This document shows positions 37,601 to 49,398 of a stretch of 64,000 nucleotides of DNA, piece after piece; position 1 is the stretch's first letter, and every line of letters starts with the position of its first letter. The notes below the pieces were generated by a model that ran no database searches, was not told the origin of the DNA, and saw only the letters and a list, made by a program, of their open reading frames with translations. The translations under genes and the position numbers were made by a program. The stretch comes from Mytilus edulis (taxonomy: Eukaryota), in the NCBI RefSeq assembly GCF_963676685.1, contig NC_092350.1:30318001-30382000 (forward strand), written 5' to 3'.

Positions 37601-38054
37601 AAATGTTGATAACTTTAAAGTTGGTGTAGTTCATAATATCTGGGAGAGTAGTGGTTCAGAACGTTTATCCGTTAAAAGAGCATGTGTCAAAGCCAAAATA
37701 ATAAGTGGGACTTACACTCTTCAAGCTGATCGAGCAAAATTTAATGGAAATAGAACAAGTTCTTTATGCCCTCTGTGTTTTAAACAATCTGAAGACTTAA
37801 TGCACTTTCTTATAAAATGTAACTCTTTGGAAGAAGTGAGAAGGAAATTCATTATGCTACTAAGAAATCTACTAAATGATAAGATAAATGCTCTTCTTGT
37901 GGATGATTTATTTAACTTTGAAGATAATCTATTACAATTAATAGTGGACTGTACAAAATTCCAGTTTTTAAAACAATTATGGACAACTATTGAGCGCCTT
38001 TCAAGCAGCTTATGTTTTGGTCTACATCAGAAGAGAAATAGCTTGTTACTATAA
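34461..38054 (+). CDS. LINE ORF2: apurinic-like endonuclease, reverse transcriptase and C-terminal CCHC; probably catalytically impaired
   Basis: APE motifs SFNIEG, LQEHW, GGDMN, SQIDY. RT motifs YRRIT, QKGF, DAKKAFD, GVRQG, HLG. The xADD box reads VAND. C-terminal CPLC...HFLIKC. Confidence 0.9.
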   Translation: MSNTSKEKISREIGANIYTPKKANETSTAEVPTSSTGKVGLHTERQFNDAHNGPIHKNVGKDIHVQEPHDNEISIDSVLNILSFNIEGFLSNNMYLSMLEKRADIIMLQEHWLHNREKQALEEFLTDFLCLVKCFDDDKTNDPTERRRGHAGVAICVNKKLQNLVELLPDGCNRVIAIRLNIKQPLVLICVYMPTRGGNITIEDFKTVLDELSEMIEKYLPTSDIIIGGDMNASLHRNERKIPRDIVFDEFLKSNGLSIPSTCKKQSTFFHFNNRDESQIDYFVETSAMVKKYLSFNREFQNLSTHDPIMISINCCIDRMDISTSDPRPLRIKWDKIDKQKYENLLQERLTEFSDVAVVETAENIENILTKFSDIIVTTAESLCPKRKKQFKRKGDWTPEMTEIVKEGKFHYWKWKNEGNKDNKSSINYIRMKAQKKKLRSAQRRLAAEKRENTYTKIMELNENNDKQFFALVNKQRNARSSTTSILKVNNRLYNNSASILGAWAEYFEDLASPSVQDRFDSKFFNLVNNDIEILTDIFLSTREPIQEVTEYELNKCILSFKNGKAPDVDKFTIEHLKNGGQTVVNILTKLINLIFKTVAVPNNLKIGIGCPLFKNGGKPKEDPNSYRRITITSAIGKTIEKLHLSRNKSSIKNQQSRLQKGFTEGESPTVAGLVVTELRIEAKEKRLPIYIGLTDAKKAFDIVLLFRAWYEDLTTKVKWEGNYSRGFKEKQGVRQGDVWSPTAYKVFINSLLKIYEENKIGSYIGSIYCGAPTVANDVTLIANDPYDLQSMINIQMDHANKFRYTISEQKSCVLKIGDKSEHSWYMNGQKLNTPINATHLGIKRDINSKFGVKEVVPDRIQTARKTVYALMGAGLYGLNGINPKVSVHMIKCFVIPRLLYGLDIIRLTKTDIAKLSVYYIQLLKQIQHLPSRTANSAVLVLTGQLPIESEIHQKMLSLFRNIADNHGSVERSIAQRQLALKTRDSESWFIQIIKLTEMYELPSPIEVLDLVSEKHIWKKLVYNAVNDYWKNILILEARTKVSMKMLNVDNFKVGVVHNIWESSGSERLSVKRACVKAKIISGTYTLQADRAKFNGNRTSSLCPLCFKQSEDLMHFLIKCNSLEEVRRKFIMLLRNLLNDKINALLVDDLFNFEDNLLQLIVDCTKFQFLKQLWTTIERLSSSLCFGLHQKRNSLLL

Positions 38055-39267
38055 AGACTGTTCATATAGTTTTCCAAGTTAAGGAGACATACATAGTGAA
38101 ATTTATTTTTTGAGTGTGGTATAGATGATAATGATAAGCAAAGATTTAAACTGATTGTTAAAGTTAGGTGGTCTTTTTAATGCTTATATGATAGATGATA
38201 ACTTTACATATTATTTTTAGATTTTAAATGTTTATTTGTCGCTAAGCCTTAAGTACAAATAACAATGTAATGGTTCATTACCTTAAGTTTAAGAATAAAA
38301 TACTCTGCAATGAGGCTCTATGGGTAGGGGTATATACTATGTGTAAGTGTAAGGGTTAGGACTTACAGTTTGCATTTGATGAGTATGTTTAAGTGTAAGG
38401 AATGTGAATTAGACATTTGCTGAGCTGAGCAAGTTTCACAGTCTATGTGCTTGGTGGATAGATGTGATGTATATATATTCTATTGATGAGGAGAGAGATT
38501 CAAGTGAGATAAAGGACAAAATAACAATGGATGAATCTATCAAGTTTTAGATTTTAAAATATGACTGTATATACAGTTTGAATACTTTTGAATAAGTGTG
38601 GTGGCGGTGTATATAAGTGTATAAAGAAGATGTTTGTAATCCAATAGTGAATATAAGGGATTCTACACTTCAAGAGGATATTCCAACTGAAGTGGTTCAT
38701 CTGATAAAGGTGGAAAGTACAGAATAGGTAACAGGTAACAGGATGAATTATGGGATATCATAGTAATGAACACAGTGTTGTTAAACTCAAGAAAACTATG
38801 TACATTTGCACTGAGGTCTCAGATTTGCATTATCTCGTTGCCAAACTTATCCATAACGATAATGAATAATATCTGGGAGTCTGGAACGTCAGAAAAATAT
38901 ACTCGATCTGAACATGAATGAAATATTTGCCACTGGACGTAAGGCTACAAACAAAACCAATCATTTTCCTTCTTCAAATTATATTAACAGTATACATGGT
39001 ATAGTCAGTATACCTTTCCAAGAAGAGAACTTCTCATACATGTACTTTTCATTTTTAAAATAAAGTATATGAATCAGTGATGTGAGTGTTGGATGATGCC
39101 GTTAAATAGTTCTGTTTAAAAAAAAACCATCAGGAACTACTGACTAAATAAAAAGTCACTTTTTGTGACAGTTCATTATTTAATAATTTAAGTTTGGATG
39201 TAACGGGTCTTCTGTCGTTATTGTGTTATCAGCGCACATAGACATAAGTTAGTCATGTTTGTTCAAT

Positions 39268-41150
39268 TTCCAATATTGCAGTTATTTATATATGCTACAG
39301 TAAAAAAAAATATAACTGAAGTACTGTTCAACTATATAGACTCACATAAAAAAAAGCAAATATGGTCAGTTTTGGTTGATGCGGTCAAAAGATTTTATTA
39401 TACAACTCAGTCTGAAGTATGAAAACTACTGATATTTGTTTACGATTCAATACTTTGAATAAAAAGAGGATATACTGGCACTATAAATTCATGCAAACAA
39501 AATTTTGAGGTCATTGTTTTCCAATATTGCTGTAACTTGTATATTACAGTCCCTCTTGACCTAAAATTATAACTGAATTACTGTACAGCTATATAGATTT
39601 GCAGAAAGAAAGAGCAAATAAGGTCAGTTTAGATTGATGCGGTCAAAAGATTTTATTACACGACTCAGTCTGAAGTATGAAAACTACTGATATTTGTTTA
39701 CGATTCAATACTTTGAATAAAAAGAGGATGTGCTGGCACTATAAATTCATGCGAACAAAATTTTAAGGTCATTGTTATCCAATATTGCTATAACTTGTAT
39801 ATATTACAGTCCCTCTTGACCTAAAATTATAACTGAATTACTGTACAGCTATATAGATTTGCAGAAAGAAAGAGCAAATAAGTTCAGTATAGATTGATGC
39901 GGTCAAAAGATTTTATTACACGACTCAGTCTGAAGTATGAAAACTACTGATATTTGTTTACGATTCAATACTTTGAATAAAAAGAGGACATGCTGGCACT
40001 ATAAATTCATGCGAACAAAATTTTGAGGTCATTGTTTTCCAATATTGCTATAACTTGTATATATTACAGTCCCTCTTGACCTAAAATTATAACTGAATTA
40101 CTGTACAGCTATATAGATTTGCAGAACGAAAGAGCAAATAAGGTCAGCTTAGATTGATGCGGTCAAAAGATTTTATTACACGACTCAGTCTGAAGTATGA
40201 AAACTACTATTATTTGTTTTCGATTCAATACTTTGAATAAAAAGAGGACATGCTGGCATTATAAATTCATGCGTACAAAATTTTGAGGTCATTGTTTTCC
40301 AATATTGCTATAACTTGTATATATTACAGTCCCTCTTGACCTAAAATTATAACTGAATTGCTGTACAGCTATATAGATTTGCAGAAAGAAAGAGCAAATA
40401 AGGTCAGTTTAGATTAATGCGGTCAAAAGATTTTATTACACGACTCAGTCTGAAGTATGAAAACTACTGATATTTGTTTACGATTCAATACTTTGAATAA
40501 ATAGAGGATATGCTGGCACTATAAATTCATGCGAACAAAATTTTAAGGTCATTGTTATCCAATATTGCTATAACTTGTATATATTACAGTCCCTCTTGAC
40601 CTAAAATTATAACTGAATTACTGTACAGCTATATAGATTTGCAGAAAGAAAGAGCAAATAAGTTCAGTATAGATTGATGCGGTCAAAAGATTTTATTACA
40701 CGACTCAGTCTGAAGTATGAAAACTACTGATATTTGTTTACGATTCAATACTTTGAATAAAAAGAGGACATGCTGGCACTATAAATTCATGCGAACAAAA
40801 TTTTGAGGTCATTGTTTTCCAATATTGCTATAACTTGTATATATTACAGTCCCTCTTGACCTAAAATTATAACTGAATTACTGTACAGCTATATAGATTT
40901 GCAGAATGAAGGAGCAAATAAGGTCAGTTAAGATTGATGCGGTCAAAAGATTTTATTACACGACTCAGTCTGAAGTATGAAAACTACTGATATTTGTTTA
41001 GGATTCAATACTTTGAATAAAAAGAGGACATGCTGGCACTATAAATTCATGCGTACAAAATTTTGAGGTCATTGTTTTCCAATATTGCTATAACTTGTAT
41101 ATATTACAGTCCCTATTGACCTAAAATTATAACTGAATTACTGTACAGCA
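39268..41150 (+). repeat. 260-bp tandem satellite, about 7.3 copies
   Basis: CGACTCAGTCTGAAGTATG at 39661, 39921, 40181, 40441, 40701 and 40961. Confidence 0.95.
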
Positions 41151-41639
41151 CCCTTTTTATGGAAGATCAATGCATTTGAATGAGGACAATAAATTTTAGT
41201 TGGACCCCCCCCCCCCCCCCCTCCTTTTTTTTTAACTGCTGGATCCGTCCCTGGTGGTTTGGGCCGGAATAACGTATTACATTAAGGTCAGATAATTTTG
41301 TTATGTAAAACGAGTCATCCTGACTCCCCGAATGACAAATGTAAAATAAATGAAATAATAATGCCCCCCCCCCCCCAATATTAACGGCTTAATTTATGTT
41401 CAAAAAATGAAAGAAAAACAAATAATTTATGTAACACATCAACAAAAGAAAATCACTGAATAACAGGCTCCTGACTTGGAACAGGCACATACATGCAGAA
41501 TATGGCGAGGTTAAACATGTTCTCTTGCCGATTATAAATCTGAAATAAAACCGGCAAAATAGCAAAACTTTATATAATTTTAATCGCTATTTTGCCGAAG
41601 CCTTTATATTAAGACAAATATTTCTTAAAAACTTATAAA

Positions 41640-41945
41640 TCAATTCTAGCCGTAGAATTTATAATAAACTCAATTTTAGCCGTAGAATTTGAAATCAATT
41701 CTAGCCGTAGAACTGTTCTAGAAGTAGAACTGACCAAATATCCGGTCAGTTCTAGCTAGAACTGTCAGGATCAGTTCTAGGGTAGAACTGTCAGGATCAG
41801 TTCTAGCTAGAACTGTCCAAATCAGTTCTAGGTAGAACTGTCCAAATCAGTTCTAGGTAGAACTGACCAACTCAGTTCTAGCTAGAACAGTTCTAACCTA
41901 GAACTGACTAAAAGGTGTCAGGCTGACAGTTCTACATACTGTTCT
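41640..41945. repeat. Subterminal ~20-bp palindromic repeats of the TIR element's right arm
   Basis: Three AATTCTAGCCGTAGAA-like units, then repeated TAGAACTG-n(5-7)-CAGTTCTAG. Confidence 0.85.
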
Positions 41946-42124
41946 AGAACAGTTCTCCTGACAGATTCTGACAGAATTTATGAGAGGTTAGAACTGATCT
42001 CCACTGTACGTTCAACTCGGCTTATCTTGTCTGTGCAAAGAAATCATACTGTAGAAATATCAGTTACTTTGGCTCTTGTATTTATCTTTGTCAAACCAAA
42101 GAATTAGGATTTAAATATTTAAAC

Positions 42125-42293
42125 TAGGGATTTCAGGGGATATTTTTCAACGGAAGTAAAGTGAGTGGAAATATGAAGAGAAATATCTCAAGATGTATAA
42201 CAGGCAAACAAGTATCCGAGTACTAGAACTGTATTCAAGTACTCGACCTTTCGAGCGAGTACCCGAGTACTCAAGTACTCGTTGCCATCCCTA
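42125..42293. mobile_element. hAT-like MITE
   Basis: TAGGGAT...ATCCCTA termini, GAGTACTC-like subterminal repeats, flanks ATTTAAAC / TTTTAAAC (7 of 8 match, an 8-bp TSD). Confidence 0.6.
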
Positions 42294-42519
42294 TTTTAAA
42301 CATATATAGACATATATTTGAGCTGTTTTGATCATTGGTTAGTACTAAAGTATCAAAACATGTGAAAGGTAGATGACTTCCGAGACTCAGAGGTTGTAAA
42401 TAAACAATTAGTTTTAGTAGCAATTAATCACATACTTTAGATAAGATTACAAGTGTCATAAAAAGTGATAATGTGTGAAATTTAATAAAAACGCTATAAG
42501 GATCTTGCGTCATCTAGTA

Positions 42520-43829
42520 TTTTCTTGTTTCCGAATCCCGATCTGCGTCATCAATCATAAACCAGGGGAGACGGATCTATACTAGTCTTTTCTTGTTTCC
42601 GAATCCCGATCTGCGTCATCAATCATAAACCAGGGGAAACGGATCTATACTAGTCTTTTCTTGTTTCCGAATCCCGATCTGCGTCATCAATTATAAACCA
42701 GGGGAGACGGATCTATACTAGTCTTTTCTTGTTTCCGAATCCCGATCTGCGTCATCAATCATAAACCAGGGGAGACGGATCTAAACTTGTCTTTTCTTGT
42801 TTCCGAATCCCTATCTGCGTCATCAATCATAAACCAGGGGAGACGGAACTATACTAGTCTTTTCATGTTTCCGAATCCTGATCTTCGTCATCAATGCTTT
42901 ACAAGGGGAGACGGATCTATACGAGTATTTTCTTGTTTCCAAATCCCTATCTGCGTCATCAATCATAAACCAGGGGAGACGGATCTATACTAGTCTTTTC
43001 ATGTTTCCGAATCCCGATCTTCGTCATCAATCATAAACCAGGGGAGACGGATCTATACGAGTATTTTCTTGTTTACGAATCCCTATCTGCGTCATCAATC
43101 ATTAACCAGGGGAGACGGATCTAATCTAGTCTTTTCTTGTTTCCGAATCCCGATCTGCGGCATCAATTCTTTAAAAGGGGAGACGGATCTATACGAGTAT
43201 TTTCTTGTTTCCAAATCCCTATCTGCGTCATCAATCATAAACCAGGGGAGACGGATCTATACTAGTCTTTTCATGTTTCCGAATCCCGATCTGCGGCATC
43301 AATGCTTTACAAGGGGAGACGGATCTATACGAGTATTTTCTTGTTTCCAAATCCCTATCTGCGTCATCAATCATAAACCAGGGGAGACGGATCTATACTA
43401 GTCTTTTCATGTTTCCGAATCCCGATCTTCGTCATCAATCATAAACCAGGGGAGACGGATCTATACGAGTATTTTCTTGTTTTCGAATCCCTATCTGCGT
43501 CATCAATCATTAACCAGGGGAGACGGATCTAATCTAGTCTTTTCTTGTTTCCGAATCCCGATCTGCGTCAACAATGTTTAACAAGGGGACACGGATCTAT
43601 ACTAGTCTTTTCATGTTACCGAATCCCGATCTGCGGCATCAATTCTTTAAAAGGGGAGACGGATCTATACGAGTATTTTCTTGTTTCCGAATCCCTATCT
43701 GTGCTTCATCAATCATTAACCAGGGGAGACGGATCTATTCGAATATTTTCTTGCTTCCGAATCCCGATCTGCGTCATCATTGTTGAACAAGGGGACACGA
43801 ATCTATACTAGCCTTTTCTTGTTTCCGAA
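42520..43829 (+). repeat. 68-bp tandem satellite, about 19 copies
   Basis: GGGGAGACGGATCT-like motif at 42565, 42633, 42701, 42769 and onward. Confidence 0.95.
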
Positions 43830-45520
43830 AATTTATTTATGATTTCAATGTCAATTCCCTGTTACAAGCAATTTTTTTAAGCATTTCAATAATTTTATTA
43901 CATTATTTACGATTCTATGTACACTCAAAACTGTTGACTATTAAAATTAAAAGCTTGGAGCACGCTGTTTGGCATATTGACATCGATATCTATTGTCTCA
44001 TACTAATGAACAGGACTAGATATTTTTTAAATCTCCGAATAGTTCTCCGATTGCTTTATTATTATATTAAACACTGATAATATATTGGTTATATATCAAT
44101 AAAAGCATTTTGAGTACGTTTGAATCCTATGCAATTTTTGGGTTCATAGACATATTCGAAAACTGGCTGCTAGCGTAGTGGCTTCTAGCGAGTGGCTGCT
44201 AGCTTGAGCCTGGTTACAATTTAAATTATGTAAAGATGGCATAAATCATACTATAGTGAACGATTTATTCATGAAAATGAAGGAAACAAAAAACCATCAC
44301 TCTTAAAGAAACAACTATGAACTGGTTGATTATTTCCATTGTCAACCGCTTTCGATGTGCTATAACCCTATCAAGATTAGTGAAATGAAAAAAAAAGAAA
44401 GAATCAATCCCATAATATTTTGAAAGGTGTTTACTGGAGTTTAAATCTGTTCATGATGCCCTATCACTAAAATTCTATAGTGTAGAGTTATATGTGTATT
44501 ATATATAGATCATATTCCTTTCGCGTCCAACCCCCCCCCCCCCCCCCCCCCCCCCCCGACATACACACCTACATGTACATGGGTTGTATCTCTTACTGTT
44601 AAAGTTGTGCATTACACATAGTTATAATTAGCTAGTTATAATATCTATATTTTTTTCATTTTTTGCATGGACCTAACAATTTCACACTTTGCAATTTCAA
44701 TATAAGCTTCAATAAGGAGGTGTGGTATGATTACCAATGATACAACTATCCACCAAAGTTCAAATAAAGTGGATGTAAGCAATTATAGGCAACCTTCACC
44801 AATGAGATAATCACATACTGTATGTTCGGCTATGAAAGGCCTCGACATAAAAAATATGAAACATTTCAACTGAGAAAAATAACTGCCAAATTAATAACAA
44901 AGCAGTTTACAAGGGACAAATATGACAGACAGAACCAACGACAACCACTGAACTACAGGTTCCTGCCTTGGGACAGGCTCATAGTGAATGTGACGGTGCT
45001 AAACATGTTTGTGAGCGCTAAACACTCCCCTGATCTGGGAGAGTAGTGTAACAGTACACTATAAAAACAGTGTAAGAACAAACTATATAAAGATTAGTTT
45101 AAAAAGTCTGAACTCATCAGATGGATAGAAATATAAATACATGAAACAAAAACACATTCTTTACCAAGCAAACTGTAATGAGATTGGTTACGTGTATGAG
45201 ACATCAATCCACAAAATAACATTTCTGGACTTTAAAAGTTTTTTTTCTCCAAAAAACTAAAGTTTTGTTGATGATTTAAAAGAAAGAAGAAATAATCCGG
45301 TAACTTCGAGCCTGTAAAGTACTCTGCAAAACTATTTGTAATTAAACTATATTGTGATCAATAGAAAACTGAGACAACTCATCGAAAAGCGAATGTTCTG
45401 GTCACAAACTCCGCAACAGACATATATTTCTTACCGAGTAAATAACCTCTTTACCATTTGCATATATGTATATTAAAATTTATTAAACATGTAATGAATA
45501 TATTTATGGAGTCAAAAGTG

Positions 45521-48500
45521 TCAAACAATAGCATATTCAGTGCTTGATGTAGAGTACACGCGGTTGATATCGACTTCAATGTTCCACTTGTTGTAGAGGC
45601 GGGTCATTGACAAATATGATGTCAATTCGTTTGCAGCGACAAATTGATTTGACAATTCATTTTCAATTGGGTGAACAAAAATTAAGTCCTCTCCTTCCGG
45701 AATATGTGACGCCAAATGACAAAATAATGCTTTTGCTAGAATCGGGTCGTCTGCAAACAATGGAAACATCTTATGACCAACGTCTGCTGGGCGTAATACA
45801 CCATATCCAACTACACGACCGCTCTTCAAAGCAACGTATCCATTAGCCGAATTGTGAAGTGCCCATTGAGTGAGATAGACTGGGCGCGGAACGGTATGTA
45901 ACTCTGTATCATATGCCACAACGTCTTTAAAATTAACATCTTTCAATGGTACCACCTCGAAATCTCCGCTAGGAACTTCACTAATGAATGATTTGTTTAC
46001 TTTGCCCATACTATAATGTAGTGTAAATGATTGAATTTTCCAACCGAATTGATGATAAAATGAAATACGATTTGATAACGCTGTGCCACCGACATTCCTC
46101 TCTGCCATTACATCCATTACTCTACGGAATAGTTTTTGACCTATACCTAATTCACGGTAACCTTCCTTGACAATATTCAAACCGGATGATGCAATAGTCT
46201 CACTGTGTGCAAGTATACCATTGTGTCCTAAAGAAAAACAAATAAAAAATAAATATAATTTAATATTTCTGCAAATCAGAAAAGTAAAATGTTTTGCATT
46301 GTGGTCGAAGATTTGGTTCAATTTGGTAATTGGCCGATTTGTAAGAGAGGCGATAGACACCGAAGGAACATCCGAACTCATAAGTGGAATCAAAACGACA
46401 CTACCATCTATTTAGAAGATAGAAATACAATACTTTTACCGTACAACGCAATACAAGATAGCATGACTTCTCACTTTCTGCACTTTATACATAAGAGTGT
46501 TCTACAGCTAGAATCTTAAAACAAATGTTACTTTGTACAGATATATATAATTGACAATGAAACAACCAAACACAAGAATGACCTTGTTTCACCATAAGGA
46601 GATTGGATATAATTATGTATGATTGCCAATGAGACAACCATCCACTAAATAACGTTGATGTAATTAACTGTAATTAATCACCATAAACACAGAAATACTG
46701 ACCTTGTAAAAAATCAAAAACTAATTTTAAAACAGCCGGTTTAAAAGAGATAACTGTTATGCTGTTAATGATTCAATCCCCTTTTCCACTGGTAATTTGG
46801 AGAAGTCGGTTTATTCTTCGATTTTTTAAGATATTTTGCATCTTTTTTACGATTCCATTTTTGATATTGTGACATATATTAATGCATCATTTGAATGCTG
46901 ATGAAAATGTGTTAAATTCCTTATAATAACTTCAACCCTCTGTACTTTTAAGCTTACTTTAATTGTTATTTTATAAGAAGACAGCAGCTATCTGAAATCA
47001 TGACTTGCAAAATATGAAAACCTTCGAGCTTTCAAGCTTGACTATTGAACATATTCATAGATATTCGGTAACAGTCTAAGATATTTGAGTGTTGATCTCT
47101 TTAAAAATGATTTTTGTGCAGGCTATTTTGAGTTTATTTTGTTTTGTTTTTGTCACCACTGCTTTCACTGTCAACATCTGGTCTGACATATGGGGAGAAC
47201 ATGACATTCATAACCACTTACTGACTGATACAAGTTTCCGGGGACAAAAATCCCGTTTACAGTTTACCCGTTTAAATTTGCTGTTATAAATATATTTTTT
47301 TTCCAATTTTCACAGTTATACGATGTATATTTACAGTTTTTTAATGTTTTTTACGTTCCCTAGTTCGCATCACATTTATTTTGAAAAAAATCATTGTGAT
47401 ACATGTACACTCTTATAATGTCAGTTGCCCTTTAAATATTAATATTCATTTAGGGTTCATGTTTAGATTTTTTAGAATTTGAGGAGTTATTAAATCAAAG
47501 ATTAAAAGCTTGCAAGGGTAAATATTCAAAAGTTGAGAAGAAAGGATCCCCGGAATAATTCTTAAAATTTTAATGAGTCATACCACGTTTAAATATGTAT
47601 CAAAAGTCAAGACTGTATATCGAAGGAAAGGTTTTTCAAAATGGTCATTACGGAAAAAAACCCAAACATAATTGATGAATATAGTTTAAGAGCAAGTAAT
47701 TTACACTATTCAAAATGAATACACTACAACAATATCTAGTCGCCAAGCAATAATTGTTGGCATTTTCAAATGGAACTGTACATGCATGGAAAACGTAAAT
47801 ATCAAGTCGACAAGAATTCCTTAGCAGTTTATAAAATACGGAAAACGCCAATACTAAGTCACTAAGGATTCAATGAAAAATTGGATATTTACACGGAAAA
47901 TATTGATACCAAGTCGATAAGCAATCACATTGACAGTAAATAGGAAAACTCCAATTGTCGGTTCCGAATTTAGGATAAAACAATCGATATACCCAATGAA
48001 AATAAAGTATCGCAATGGATGTTAGTCAGTACTGATGGTATTATCGCAATCGTGTTCAAACTCTGCCATTTTTCTGTTTAACTTTATAAAAGGGTATACA
48101 ATTTTCTCGCATTTTACTGTCGTCCTACCCTATATACCTAACCACTGAGAGTATTTCTATGATCGATTGATTGATTGATTGTTGTTTGCTTTATTTCTAT
48201 GTTTTCATGCAATACAGTAGTAGGCGAAAAAAAGTGATATAAACCAAATTCTTATGAACAATGTTTGGTTCCAGTTCAGGAACCTAGAATTTGTTTAATG
48301 AGACAATCTCATAATTATTTAATAAATGCATCCTTGTCTTAATATCCTTTGTTAAAGACTATAGGTCCTGAGTTATTTTGAAAATATAAGTGTATAACCT
48401 ACAAGGAATTTTTTATTTTAGATTGTTCAAATTATTCGGTGAAGCACATGGTTTGTTATCCAGATAAAAGGGCTTTTGAATGCAATTCTGAATGAGAAAA

Positions 48501-49398
48501 ACATCGACACATGTATGCGTTGTATTTTGCACTTAATAAATGATAAAATGAAGATACATGTATACATGTATATATTTACGAAACATCTTATAAATCAAGA
48601 AAATGCTTTAATATAATTCTTAAAATAACTTGGATTTTACAAAAAAATGATAAATTGATATAATACTTTGATTTGAACTCTCCATAGCAGTTACATACTT
48701 CGAACACTGCACGATACTTACTACAAATATGTACATGTATACAACCTTACCTATTATCTCTCCGTCATCTTTGACTACCACCACAAGCCCGGTAGGATCA
48801 GTATTAAAAACACATTCCAAATACGATTTCTCCATATTCCATTTATTTTCAGCTAGCAGTTCATAAAGGCCTTGGATGTCTGACCGTCTCATGGGTCTAA
48901 TCTCATAGTTAATGTCGGACTTACTAGAATATGTTCTGTAAATGTATAAATCTAAGAACTGAGGTTTATCGTACATTAGGAGGCAAAATAGTCCTTTAAA
49001 AATACATTTGAAGACAAAAGATGTAGACTGAGAAAATATTTGTATGACATGAATACGTATATCATGTACTAAAGATATATGCATATAAACAACTATTAAA
49101 TGAAAACAAAACAATACAGCGAATTGATTGATGTTTTGGCTACTCAACGTCCTGCGAGTAAACGTTACGTACATATTTCAGATATCCACATATCAATGAT
49201 ATAGACATAACATTTAGAATGGAAATGGGGAATGTGTTAAAGAGACAACAACCCGAACATAGTGCAGACAACAGCAGAAGGATGTAAGGAACAGTACAAA
49301 TTAAAGAAGACATTTCACATAGCTGAACATCTCATTTTGACTCTTCCGACCAAATTTTGTACTTACTCCTGGATGCCGTATTGTTTTTCAGCAAACAT
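45521..49398 (-). CDS. GNAT-family N-acetyltransferase with YitH/HolE-like C-terminal domain, ~307 aa; exons 49367-49398, 48751-48935, 45521-46227
   Basis: Canonical GT-AG junctions with consistent phases (2, then 1). YEIRPMRRSDI start of the GNAT fold, motif A IVKEGYRELGIGQKLF, FYHQFGW, then second domain VVAYD...GYGVLRP...PLFADD. Confidence 0.85.

Larger units (their letters stand above)
32116..38740 (+). mobile_element. Full-length CR1/L2-group non-LTR retrotransposon
   Basis: 5'UTR, ORF1 (PHD), ORF2 (APE-RT-CCHC), ~690-bp 3'UTR ending in a (GGTAACA)n tail. ACAGGTAACA is present at both boundaries (32106-32115 and 38731-38740). Confidence 0.85.
31812..42006. mobile_element. 10.2-kb TA-flanked TIR element (Tc1/mariner-type ends), no transposase seen, enclosing a LINE and a satellite
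   Basis: TA|CAGTGGAGATCACTTCTAACCTCTCAT on the left and ATGAGAGGTTAGAACTGATCTCCACTG|TA on the right. Similarity extends about 65 bp, and both arms carry AGAACTG/CAGTTCT repeats. Confidence 0.75.

Noticed and set aside
41148-41255. Complete MITE ending CTGGATCCGTCCCTG
   Set aside because: Only one terminus is visible, so it is treated as a fragment.
42787-43811. Repetitive ORFs in the 68-bp array
   Set aside because: The unit length is not a multiple of 3, and the ORFs are by-products of the repeat.
46228-46393. N-terminal extension of track ORF 45521-46393 (likewise the ends of ORF 48620-49174)
   Set aside because: Intronic read-through beyond the splice sites; the true exons are delimited by GT-AG.
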